A DNA stretch of 64,000 nucleotides from Verrucomicrobiota bacterium (GTDB lineage Bacteria > Verrucomicrobiota > Verrucomicrobiia > Opitutales > Cerasicoccaceae), in assembly GCA_039818205.1 (NCBI GenBank), contig JBCBUK010000005.1:128001-192000 (forward strand), in the 5' to 3' direction. The position numbers and the translations under genes were made by a program. Shown here in pieces: positions 50,446-59,538 of this stretch. The notes beneath the pieces were generated by a model. The model was not told the origin of the DNA. It did not search any database and saw only the letters and a program-made list of their open reading frames with translations. The number at the start of each line of letters is the position of its first letter. The first letter of the stretch is position 1.

Positions 50446-50859
50446 ATGGCATTAACAGCGCAACAGCGTATTCGCTTACAGGAACTCCTGCTTAAACGGG
50501 AGGCTCTCTACGCGCGCGTGTATCAAACCGAGCAGAAAATCCATCAGGTCTTTGGCGAGACTTATCCGCTTACTCCGCCACCGATCGATCTCCCCAGCGC
50601 CAACCGGCAAAAGACAAAACCCAAGCGCGCCGCAAAGAAGAAGTCGGCGCCCCCACGCATCCGCAACTTGATCAAAGGCGAAACCGCCTATCGCGTCCGC
50701 TATGGTGGAGCGACGGATGCTACGGAAGAAACCCACACCGATCGCAAGAGTATTGAAGTGCTCTTGCGGATTCCCGCGGTCAGATCGACAATCGCTTCGA
50801 TCGAAACCATCGACTCTGGTGGTAAGTTGCGCGAATTCATTTTCCCGCCAACGGACTAG
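50446..50859 (+). CDS. Hypothetical protein, N-terminal domain paralogous to 50028-50405
   Basis: 137 aa; LLLKREALYARVYQTEQKIHQVFGETYP followed by a Lys-rich linker and a small C-terminal domain. Confidence 0.72.
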   Translation: MALTAQQRIRLQELLLKREALYARVYQTEQKIHQVFGETYPLTPPPIDLPSANRQKTKPKRAAKKKSAPPRIRNLIKGETAYRVRYGGATDATEETHTDRKSIEVLLRIPAVRSTIASIETIDSGGKLREFIFPPTD

Positions 50860-50918
50860 CTCGCGCATTGCCCGTCGGGCATCGCCATAGAACTTTGCGC
50901 CAATAGCACTTGAGGCAG

Positions 50919-50932
50919 CTATCTAACGATAG
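50919..50932. promoter_or_regulatory. Perfect CTATC-N4-GATAG palindrome upstream of a sulfatase
   Basis: gCTATC-TAAC-GATAGat, with extra half/degenerate sites at 50951 and 51011-51024 (CGTTC-CAAC-GATAG). Confidence 0.55.
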
Positions 50933-51033
50933 ATTGAAAAGGCGCCTTAACTATCGAGAATACGGAACATCCGAAGCTCGCGCATGGTGCGACTTCGCCC
51001 ACCTCAAATCCGTTCCAACGATAGTTACCTAAG

Positions 51034-52668
51034 ATGAAACGCTCGCTTCGCGTCGCTTTTTGCGCACTGACTTGTCTGGCCATCCAAGCGTCGGCCCAAG
51101 ACACCAAACCAAACGTCATCATCTACTTTACGGATGATATTAGCGCCCGGGAATTCCCGATCTACGGCAGCAATGTTTGGACTGATCCATATAAAAACAA
51201 CACCCAGGACCTCAAATACCGAGCCGAGACACCCGTGATGGATCGCCTGGCCGAAGATGGTTGCTGGATCGAAACGGCTTGGGCCGCAACGGTGTGCTCG
51301 CCGAGTCGCGCGATGATGATGACTGGGCGTCATGCTCACTTGCACAAATGGTGGCACAACAAAGAGAAGGGACAATACATTGATGAGAGCGGAAAACGCC
51401 ATACCTGGCCGCTCTACGAGAGCTCACCCTTGCAAATGGGTCACCTCGCTCAACAGGCTGGCTACGGCACCTATTGGGCCAGCAAAACGCAAATGGCCGG
51501 TGACCTTCGAAACTACGGCTATGATGAAGGTTGCTTCACTCCGGGGAATCTTTCCGACACGGACAATCCCTATACCGATTTCAAAATGGCCTACCAGAAG
51601 GTCGATGGTAAGCGCGAATTGATCAACCTCGACACCGGAAAACCGGTCAACACGTATCAGCAACACGGTTGGTATTGGTTCCCCCATGTCCGCCTAATGA
51701 ACGACCCAGCCGCCGACGGTTTCAGCTGGTGGCCTAATTCGCCAGAGTCAGAGGCAGCATTTGGACTGAGTACCTATGGGCCCGATGTTGAAATGGATTT
51801 CATCTTTAACTTCATGGACCGCCAGCAAGCCGCCGGAAAACCATTCTTTGTTTACCACTCAACTCACCTTGGCCATGCCGGCTTCGATTTCTTCTCTCCC
51901 GAAGAAAACGGTCAATGTTGGGTGGGCACGCCAATCATCGAATGGGATGGCGAAAAGTACACCCGCACAGAGCCTCACGTCACTGGTGACAATGGCGTCT
52001 ATGATACCCACGGAACGGTTACCGAGACCGGCATGCATACCCACGTCAACTACATTGACTTCCAGATCTGGCAGTATCTCGAAAAGCTGAAGGATATGGG
52101 CCTCGATCAAAACACCATCTTGATCATTGCGTCGGATAACGGCTCCTCCGGCTACGGAAAAGATAGCCCCGACCGACAAAAAGGAACCCACGTGCCATTC
52201 ATTGTCTATGCTCCGGGGTTCGAAACCACCAAGCAAGGTAAGCAAGAAGTCTTGCTCAGCCTCGCCGATGTACTACCCACTTTGGCCGACATCATGGATG
52301 TCGAGATCCCAGAGGACTATGAAGTGAACGGTGAAAGTTTTTGGACCTGGTTGACCACCGATCAAGTCGAGCACCGCGATTGGATCTACGCCTACCGAAA
52401 AGGGGAACAGCTAGTCCGCGGGAAATACGTCATGAAAGACGGTTGGAATCGTTGGTACGACGTAAGTGGCGAAGAACCCGACGACATGATCAGCTATCCA
52501 GAGATCAAGAACTGGAAAAAAGTCAGCGATGCCCACCGCGCCGAACGAGACCTACTGCTCGAGACGATCAAGCAATATGCGCGCGAATCAACAACCATGG
52601 ATGCCCCGGGCACTCCACCGCGCCCCGAAGCCGCCAAACCGAAGAACAAGAACAAGCAGAAGGGCTAG
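51034..52668 (+). CDS. Sulfatase (Cys-type, divergent)
   Basis: Signal peptide, PNVIIYFTDDI, CSPSRAMMMTGR, ASDNG, GTHVPFIV. Confidence 0.9.
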   Translation: MKRSLRVAFCALTCLAIQASAQDTKPNVIIYFTDDISAREFPIYGSNVWTDPYKNNTQDLKYRAETPVMDRLAEDGCWIETAWAATVCSPSRAMMMTGRHAHLHKWWHNKEKGQYIDESGKRHTWPLYESSPLQMGHLAQQAGYGTYWASKTQMAGDLRNYGYDEGCFTPGNLSDTDNPYTDFKMAYQKVDGKRELINLDTGKPVNTYQQHGWYWFPHVRLMNDPAADGFSWWPNSPESEAAFGLSTYGPDVEMDFIFNFMDRQQAAGKPFFVYHSTHLGHAGFDFFSPEENGQCWVGTPIIEWDGEKYTRTEPHVTGDNGVYDTHGTVTETGMHTHVNYIDFQIWQYLEKLKDMGLDQNTILIIASDNGSSGYGKDSPDRQKGTHVPFIVYAPGFETTKQGKQEVLLSLADVLPTLADIMDVEIPEDYEVNGESFWTWLTTDQVEHRDWIYAYRKGEQLVRGKYVMKDGWNRWYDVSGEEPDDMISYPEIKNWKKVSDAHRAERDLLLETIKQYARESTTMDAPGTPPRPEAAKPKNKNKQKG

Positions 52669-52693
52669 AATTTAGTTTGTGTTTGATAGTGCG

Positions 52694-52724
52694 AGCCGCA
52701 TGGAGCAATCCATGCGGCTTTTTT
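52694..52724 (+). terminator. Rho-independent terminator
   Basis: Perfect 11-bp stem AGCCGCATGGA-GCAA-TCCATGCGGCT followed by a T run. Confidence 0.9.
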
Positions 52725-52932
52725 GCGCCTGAAAGACCCACAAACGCTCACGCGAAATGCAGATTCTCAGCCCCACTTGCCACGAATTCCTAAAATGATT
52801 CCGTCGTCTCACCCCCGAGAAACTGCCTGTCATTGGCGCGGCCTGACGGAAACTTTACAATGTCACCATTGATTCCATGGAACTTGTGCCTTTAGTTATG
52901 GGTCGCTAAGCACTATAAACAGGCCGAGAATT

Positions 52933-52961
52933 TGTAATACCTCATTTTCTTGTTCCGTGAT
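52933..52961 (+). promoter_or_regulatory. Candidate ECF promoter of the MoxR operon
   Basis: TGTAATACC-N14-CGTGAT ending 14 nt before ATG 52976; matches the motif upstream of the ECF sigma gene. Confidence 0.4.
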
Positions 52962-52975
52962 AATCTCACACTACC

Positions 52976-55657
52976 ATGAATAGCCGCCTGACCGCTACTC
53001 TCGTTCTACTCCTGTCGCTATGTGCGGTCCAGCCCCTGTTGGCCCGCCCGGTAGCCGTTATTCTGGTTGGCCTCGCGGGGGATGCCGAAGTCTGGCGCCA
53101 GCAGTTTCAAGAGCGGGATGCCTGGGTTCAAATATTCGAGGAAGCCGGTGTTACCGATGCGGACATCCACTTGATCGAAAGTGAGCAGGTGGTTGGTAGT
53201 AGCAATGACGGGTCCAGCCAGGCAAAAGCGGATTTCGATGCGCTCATGGCCGAATTCGCGGAGACGCTGACACCAGAGGATGATTTAATCTTCGTCCTTG
53301 CTGGCCAGGGTTCGACCCGCGGCGACCGCTACAACTTCCAGGTCCGCGGTCCACGCATCAAAGGAGATCAGATTCGATCAGCCGTTGAGTCCGTTGATGT
53401 TCAATCTGCATGGGTATTCATCACCGGACCGGGAGGCAAGGGTCTGGCCGACCAACTTGCCCTGCCGAACGTCATGGTATACTCGGCCACGGCTCATGCG
53501 GACGAGATCAACCGAACCATATTTGGAACAGCTCTAACCGAATCGATCAAGCAGGCACCTGATCAATCGCTCCGAGACATTCTCGAAAGCACGGAGGAAA
53601 AGATCGAGGAGTATTACGAGATGCGATCGCTCGCACGACTGGAACACGCCACACTACAAGTCGGCACCGCCTCGCCGATGGAGGCACCATTTGAGTCCGA
53701 TGTAACCATTATCGACCAATGGATCGATGCCACTTCGCTCGGTAGCCTGTTGCCTGTCCCGGGTTCACCCGCAGCCTTAGCGGCCGCCGAAAAGGATGCT
53801 GCTCGACCGATTGCGAACTTAAGTTTAGACGAACTCAAACGCCTGCCCGAAGAATGGCAGGTATTGGCGGGTGACTACGAACAGACACCCTACATCAAGC
53901 TGCGCGATGCGACCGAAGAGGAACTTAAGCTCTTCGAGAATTTGCCGCCACCAGAGTTTTACGAAGGGCATTCTGGGGTGATCCTTTTGCGGGAGGAATC
54001 CAACCTGATCGAGGCCAAATATGCTTCGAAACAGACCGAACACTATCGCGTTCTGGTCGAAGACATGGGGATCCGGCGTTTGCTCGATCGCATGGTTCCG
54101 GCACCCGGCGGCGGCTACGTCAATCTGTTGGCTCTGAAGACCGTGCATCCAGATGGGCTGGTCCTCGAGCTAGATATCCAAGGGTGGATGCAATTAGCGA
54201 TGGGTGGCTCAAGTGACCTGATTTTCTTTCCTCCCGGCGTCGCCCCTGGTGTGATTGTCGAGTATGCCTACGAGATCAATGCCCCGCCCTCTCCAATTCT
54301 GGCCTATTGTGAATCCGTCGAAATTGCGCGCAGTGTACCAACCGCCACATTCCGCTATCGTCTGGAGAAACCCAAGGAGCAGTTTCTTGCCGCCGAACTT
54401 GAGACTTCGATTCCACCGAGCCAGCAAGGCGAGTCCGACGAAGCCTATACCCAGGTAAACCATTGGGAATGGGAACAAGTTCCGGCTCGAGTCTTCGAAC
54501 CCGACACCCCCTATTGGGAGAATGACTTCGATCGGCTTTTTCTGACGAGCTACCAAAACTGGGATGAGTTTGCCGACTGGTACCGCAGCATTTTCCGTGG
54601 CGCTGATGTGTCCAGCGAACAGGTTGTCGAAGTCGCCAACCGGCTAACGGAAGCGCTCGAGGAAGAGGATGAGAAAATCCGAGCGGCGTACGACTACGTT
54701 TCGAAGCTCCGTTATGTTGCCATTGAAACCGGAGTGAACGCGTGGCGACCGCGCAACGCCGATACGGTGCTCAATCGACAATTTGGTGACTGCAAAGATA
54801 AAGCAAACCTCCTGATCGCTCTCCTGCGAGAAATGGATATCCCAGCAAACTTTGTTTTGGTGTCCCGCGGGCAACCGATGTCAACGGCGGTTCCTAGCTA
54901 CCACTTCAATCATGCCATCGCAGCCGTTCCTCGGAAAGACGGTTGGCTCTGGTTGGACGCCACCGATGAATCTTGCCCTTACGGAATGATGCCACCAGGG
55001 GACCCGCATCAAATGGGTTTTATTTTCAAGGAAGACACACACGAGTTCGCCCTGATTCCCGCCTATAATAAGGACTTCATCCGCGCCGACGCTGTCACCG
55101 TTGAGATGGAGCATTCCGTATCGAGCAAGCCCTCGAGACTAACAATCACTCCCGGACTAGTGCGTGAATATTATTGGAGGTCACTCGCCCGCGGCCAAGG
55201 TCCCATCGCGGTTGAAAATGCGATCGCCACTGAGCTTGAACAGCTATGGCCCTCCGCCCAGATCCTAGATGTCCAGTTGGACATGCCCGAATCGCTCAGT
55301 GACGCACCGGTATTGAAAGCGGATTTCGTAGCCAGCATGCCTCCGCCCCTCCTCGACTTCCCGGTTCCTCCTGGCGCGAGACACCGGAACGAAGCCTGGT
55401 TGCCGTACAACGGGTATCCCGTACGCTTTACCCAAACCGTCACAATCCCTCTAGAAGAAAATGAACCGCTCCAGGAGTGGAAATCGCCGGAAGGATTCTC
55501 AGTCCGCGACACCGTTTCCAATGGTATTCTCACCCGGACCAGCTCGCTCGATTTGAGCGATACGGCAATCCCGGCCGAGGACCTCACCGTTTTTCGCGCT
55601 GCCTACTACGAATGGTATCGCCGCACTACCGCCCCCACGAAGCACTACTTACAATAA
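52976..55657 (+). CDS. Secreted protein: caspase-like alpha/beta domain + DUF3857-like + transglutaminase-like domain
   Basis: Signal peptide; PGVIVEYAY (DUF3857-like); catalytic triad motifs GDCKDKA, FNHAI, WLDAT. Confidence 0.78.
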   Translation: MNSRLTATLVLLLSLCAVQPLLARPVAVILVGLAGDAEVWRQQFQERDAWVQIFEEAGVTDADIHLIESEQVVGSSNDGSSQAKADFDALMAEFAETLTPEDDLIFVLAGQGSTRGDRYNFQVRGPRIKGDQIRSAVESVDVQSAWVFITGPGGKGLADQLALPNVMVYSATAHADEINRTIFGTALTESIKQAPDQSLRDILESTEEKIEEYYEMRSLARLEHATLQVGTASPMEAPFESDVTIIDQWIDATSLGSLLPVPGSPAALAAAEKDAARPIANLSLDELKRLPEEWQVLAGDYEQTPYIKLRDATEEELKLFENLPPPEFYEGHSGVILLREESNLIEAKYASKQTEHYRVLVEDMGIRRLLDRMVPAPGGGYVNLLALKTVHPDGLVLELDIQGWMQLAMGGSSDLIFFPPGVAPGVIVEYAYEINAPPSPILAYCESVEIARSVPTATFRYRLEKPKEQFLAAELETSIPPSQQGESDEAYTQVNHWEWEQVPARVFEPDTPYWENDFDRLFLTSYQNWDEFADWYRSIFRGADVSSEQVVEVANRLTEALEEEDEKIRAAYDYVSKLRYVAIETGVNAWRPRNADTVLNRQFGDCKDKANLLIALLREMDIPANFVLVSRGQPMSTAVPSYHFNHAIAAVPRKDGWLWLDATDESCPYGMMPPGDPHQMGFIFKEDTHEFALIPAYNKDFIRADAVTVEMEHSVSSKPSRLTITPGLVREYYWRSLARGQGPIAVENAIATELEQLWPSAQILDVQLDMPESLSDAPVLKADFVASMPPPLLDFPVPPGARHRNEAWLPYNGYPVRFTQTVTIPLEENEPLQEWKSPEGFSVRDTVSNGILTRTSSLDLSDTAIPAEDLTVFRAAYYEWYRRTTAPTKHYLQ

Positions 55658-55673
55658 ACCTGAACTGCATGGT

Positions 55674-56666
55674 ATGAGCAACGAAGACAACGTCCAAGAA
55701 ATCGAGAACGCACGTAAATTCCACGCGGCGCTCAAGGCTGAAACCTCCAAGATCATTGTCGGCCAGGAGACGATCATTGACTACCTTACCTACGCGCTGC
55801 TCTGCGGCGGACACGCCTTACTGGTCGGAGTACCGGGCCTGGCCAAGACTCTGCTGGTTCGAACGATTGCCGAGGCCACGCACCTGAAGTTTAAACGGAT
55901 TCAGTTCACACCTGATCTGATGCCAGCCGACATCACGGGAACCACGGTGCTTGAAGAAGACCAAGCCGGTCACCGCGCATTCGAGTTCATGCCTGGGCCC
56001 ATCTTTGCAAACATTATCCTAGCGGATGAGATCAACCGCACCCCACCGAAAACGCAGTCCGCTTTGCTAGAATCGATGCAGGAGCGCAGCGTCACCGCGG
56101 GTGGGGAAACACGACCGCTCGAACCACCGTTTTTTGTCCTAGCCACCCAAAATCCAATTGAGCAGGAGGGCACATATCCCCTCCCGGAAGCCCAGCTCGA
56201 TCGCTTCCTGTTTAATCTGGTCCTCACCTACCCACCAGAGGAGGAAGAGGTGGCCATCCTTCAGGCGACCACCGGCGCACCACCGGAACCGGTCGAACCG
56301 TTGGCCGATGGCGCCGCGATCATCCGGATGCAAAACGCTATTCGCCTTCTGACCTGCGCTGAGCCTGCCATGCGGTATGCGGTTCATCTGGTCTCGGCGA
56401 CCCGTCCAGAAAGCCCCCGCGCAACGGATCCGGTAAAACGCTACCTGAGGTGGGGCTCTGGACCTCGCGGCGCACAATTCCTGATCCTCGCCGCCAAGGC
56501 CCGAGCCGCCATCAGCGGTCGGTTCCACGTCGAGTTCGAAGATATCGTCGAAGTGGCAAAGCCAGTATTGCGTCACCGCTTGCTCCTCAACTATCATGCG
56601 GAAGCTGACAACGTGGATGCGGATCGAATCATCGATGATATTATCAAAGCCGTCGCCCGCCCTTAA
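55674..56666 (+). CDS. moxR: MoxR-family AAA+ ATPase
   Basis: GVPGLAKT, RIQFTPDLMPADI, LADEINRTPPKTQSALLE, ATQNPIEQEGTYPLPEAQLDRF. Confidence 0.96.
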   Translation: MSNEDNVQEIENARKFHAALKAETSKIIVGQETIIDYLTYALLCGGHALLVGVPGLAKTLLVRTIAEATHLKFKRIQFTPDLMPADITGTTVLEEDQAGHRAFEFMPGPIFANIILADEINRTPPKTQSALLESMQERSVTAGGETRPLEPPFFVLATQNPIEQEGTYPLPEAQLDRFLFNLVLTYPPEEEEVAILQATTGAPPEPVEPLADGAAIIRMQNAIRLLTCAEPAMRYAVHLVSATRPESPRATDPVKRYLRWGSGPRGAQFLILAAKARAAISGRFHVEFEDIVEVAKPVLRHRLLLNYHAEADNVDADRIIDDIIKAVARP

Positions 56667-56668
56667 AC

Positions 56669-57649
56669 ATGTCCTTTAAGACGCCCAGTAACCGACCTGG
56701 CCCACCGCCACTTCCGCGATCACGAAGTGGACCGCCGCCTCTTACGGTTGCTCGGCCGAAGGTTACCTGGGACCCAAAGCTTCTTGCACATTCACAGAAT
56801 CTGGAGTGGCTATCAAACTTGGTGATGGCGGGCTACAACCAGGGCTTACACCGAAGCCCATACCATGGCTTCAGCTCTGAGTTTTCGGAATTCCGCCCCT
56901 ATACCCAGGGAGATGATCTTCGTTTTCTGGACTGGCAAGTTTATGGCCGGCACAACCGACCCTTTATCCGGCGTTTCGAGGCGGAAACCAATCTGAATGC
57001 ATTAATCGTGGTTGATGTCAGCCGCTCGATGGACTACCACTCCAACCCCGACTTCCCAACCAAGTATCAATACGCCGCTCTGTTGGCCTCAGCTCTCATC
57101 CGCCTGTTCAACAGTCAAAATGACGCGGCGGGGTTGGCACTCATTCAGGATGAAGCCGTTGCCTCTTATTCAAGTCCAGCAAACACCGCAGCCAAGTTTA
57201 AGCATTGCCTTGCGTTAATGGAGAATGCCCAAGTAACCGGAGGGGGTGAAATCGCTCAACCGCTGCCCGGACTTGCCCGCCGATTAAAAGGGCGCGGGCA
57301 GATCATATTGATCAGCGACTTTCTTCACGAACTCGAGGGGCTCGAGAACGCCTTGAAATACATTGGTGCCCAACGCAACGAGATCAGCCTGCTCCAGGTT
57401 CTGGACCCAGAAGAAACGGAGTTTCGGTCAGCCCGCCAAGGTGTTTATGAAGACATGGAAACCGGCTTTCGCTTAACCGTGAATCCCGAATGGCTGAAGG
57501 CACGCTACCTGGAACGAGTTCGAGCCCATCAGCAAGAGCTGGAGGAAATCTGCAAGAGCCATCGCGGGCATTTCCATTTGATTTCCACTCAAGAAGCTCC
57601 CTTCGGAATCTTAGGTGAACTCACCGCCCGACGACAGCGTAAGCCATGA
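56669..57649 (+). CDS. DUF58 protein
   Basis: GLHRSPYHGFSSEFSEFRPYTQGDDLRFLDW, DVSRSM, ISDF. Confidence 0.93.
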   Translation: MSFKTPSNRPGPPPLPRSRSGPPPLTVARPKVTWDPKLLAHSQNLEWLSNLVMAGYNQGLHRSPYHGFSSEFSEFRPYTQGDDLRFLDWQVYGRHNRPFIRRFEAETNLNALIVVDVSRSMDYHSNPDFPTKYQYAALLASALIRLFNSQNDAAGLALIQDEAVASYSSPANTAAKFKHCLALMENAQVTGGGEIAQPLPGLARRLKGRGQIILISDFLHELEGLENALKYIGAQRNEISLLQVLDPEETEFRSARQGVYEDMETGFRLTVNPEWLKARYLERVRAHQQELEEICKSHRGHFHLISTQEAPFGILGELTARRQRKP

Positions 57650-59538
57650 ACCCATCCATCTTACAACCGTTGATGCTCTTGGGTGCTCTGGCGATCGCCA
57701 TACCAATCATCCTGCATCTCCTAAGCTTGCGGCCTCGTAAAAGTATCGAATTTCCGTCGCTGCGCTTCTTCATGGAGAAAGACATACCCGCGGACCGTTG
57801 GAGGAAGGTGAAGCGTTGGCTTGTGTTACTCTGCCGCTGTCTTGCGATCATCATCCTCGCATTGGTGTTCGCTCACCTTCTTTTTGAAAAGCCAAGTGAA
57901 TGGCGCGAGGCCGCCGTCATCGTGGTTGATCGATCGGCTTCGATGACGATGGGCGACACGCCAAATCGGACCGAAGATGCCTTTCGAGAAGCGCTCAATC
58001 AAATGGGACCGGGATCTCGGGTGGCCGTGATCGAGCTTGATGCCTCCCCGGAGATGCTCAGTGAGTTTGGTTCGGTTGAACAAGCGAGTTCAACTTCCAA
58101 CAAACTTGATCCAAACATTGAATCTGGCGACCCTCGGGCCGCAATTGATGCAGCCGCTGCACTCTTGGCGGGCGCCTCCGCCCAAACCAAACGTTTGACC
58201 ATCATCTCAGACTTTCGGGGGCCCCAATGGAGATCAATCCAATCGACTGATGAATCTATCGATGTCGAGTTCATCTCGGTCGCTGATGCAAATGCTGCCG
58301 AAAATCTATGGCTGGAAATCCCTCGGATCGAATCCACTGGCCAAAGCGATCAAGCCGTTCTTGCTGTCCGGGTACACAACGAGGACACCTCTTCTCGCGA
58401 AGCCGTGATTCACCTATCCGGAGACTCCTTTAATGATAGTGCACGCGACATCGTTCTACCGGGCCTATCATCTATTGAACTTCGCCTACCAGTTGAGCTA
58501 ACGCCGCCAACACCGGAGATCCATGGTGTCCTACGGCTCGATCCAGCGATTGAAGACTCATTCCTACTCGACAACGAACGTTACTTTGCCAAACAAAGCT
58601 CCATCGAACGCAAGGTCGCCCGCATTAGCGAGACGGCTTCGCCCAGCGACGTTTTTTGGCAAGCTGCTCTATACCCAACCTTTGATCGCAGCCGATCCAC
58701 GCAACAATGGTTAACCGGGATTGATGCCAAGCGGGCCTTGGTCAACGCCACCACAAACTTGGTCATTCTTGATCGTTCCACCCCGTTGAACGAGATCGAA
58801 TTGAAAGCGCTTGAAACCTATCTGGATCAAGGAGGCACGATCTTCTATGTCGTCGATAAGACCACTACTAAGCAGCCCTTCGACAAGATCATTGGGCTTA
58901 AATCCCTCAGCTCCCAATCCGCAACCAATAAGTTGCTCGCGCCACGACTCACCGGCTTTGATTTTGGACATCCGCTTCTCGGAATCTTTAACCGACCCGA
59001 CATGACGAGCCCCTTTGGAGTCAAAGTCTTCAACTGGGCCACTCTACAGAGCGACGCAATCAATCCTCTCATCCAATTGGAGAATGGAGACATCGCACTT
59101 GGTGAAATATCGATTGGCAACGGCAGAGTTTTCATCAGCACCTTTCCGTTCGAACGCGAATCAACCGATTGGCCTGCACGCGTCAGTTTTCTTCCCTTTG
59201 TTCAAGAACTACTCGCCCTGACCTCTGGCGTTGTGCAGACCGAAGCCCCGACTGAAACCGGGATGCGTCTCGAAAGCGGTGAGGTCGCTAGCCTACCCGG
59301 CATATACGAACAGCAAGGCAGCCGAACTATCGCGGTGAACTTGGCAGAGGAAGAATCCGATCTTCGCATCTGGGCGAGTGAACAGTTTCAAAGTGCTGAC
59401 GAAACAGATGCACTACAAGGACCTGAAGGAGGTAACAACCCACCAGAGCAACCCGTCGACCCAACGTCCTGGCTGCTTTTCCTGGCAGCCTGCTTTGGAG
59501 CATTCGAACTATTAATCGCTAACCGCACCTCGCTATGA
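57646..59538 (+). CDS. BatA-like N-terminal double-TM + vWA domain protein
   Basis: IPIILHLL...FPSLRF...LLCR; MIDAS DRSAS; IISDF; C-terminal AVNLAEEESDL + TM; ATGA overlap. Confidence 0.87.
   Translation: MNPSILQPLMLLGALAIAIPIILHLLSLRPRKSIEFPSLRFFMEKDIPADRWRKVKRWLVLLCRCLAIIILALVFAHLLFEKPSEWREAAVIVVDRSASMTMGDTPNRTEDAFREALNQMGPGSRVAVIELDASPEMLSEFGSVEQASSTSNKLDPNIESGDPRAAIDAAAALLAGASAQTKRLTIISDFRGPQWRSIQSTDESIDVEFISVADANAAENLWLEIPRIESTGQSDQAVLAVRVHNEDTSSREAVIHLSGDSFNDSARDIVLPGLSSIELRLPVELTPPTPEIHGVLRLDPAIEDSFLLDNERYFAKQSSIERKVARISETASPSDVFWQAALYPTFDRSRSTQQWLTGIDAKRALVNATTNLVILDRSTPLNEIELKALETYLDQGGTIFYVVDKTTTKQPFDKIIGLKSLSSQSATNKLLAPRLTGFDFGHPLLGIFNRPDMTSPFGVKVFNWATLQSDAINPLIQLENGDIALGEISIGNGRVFISTFPFERESTDWPARVSFLPFVQELLALTSGVVQTEAPTETGMRLESGEVASLPGIYEQQGSRTIAVNLAEEESDLRIWASEQFQSADETDALQGPEGGNNPPEQPVDPTSWLLFLAACFGAFELLIANRTSL

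Noticed and set aside
46684..50859. Integrative element, prophage or type VII secretion reading of the FtsK locus
   Set aside because: No integrase, relaxase, att-like repeats or WXG100 motif seen; a single ATPase domain with a gamma domain fits a DNA translocase.
50948..51027. Long RNA hairpin or riboswitch before the sulfatase (TAACTATCG...CGATAGTTA)
   Set aside because: More simply explained by repeated CTATC/GATAG operator half-sites; no known riboswitch consensus recognised.
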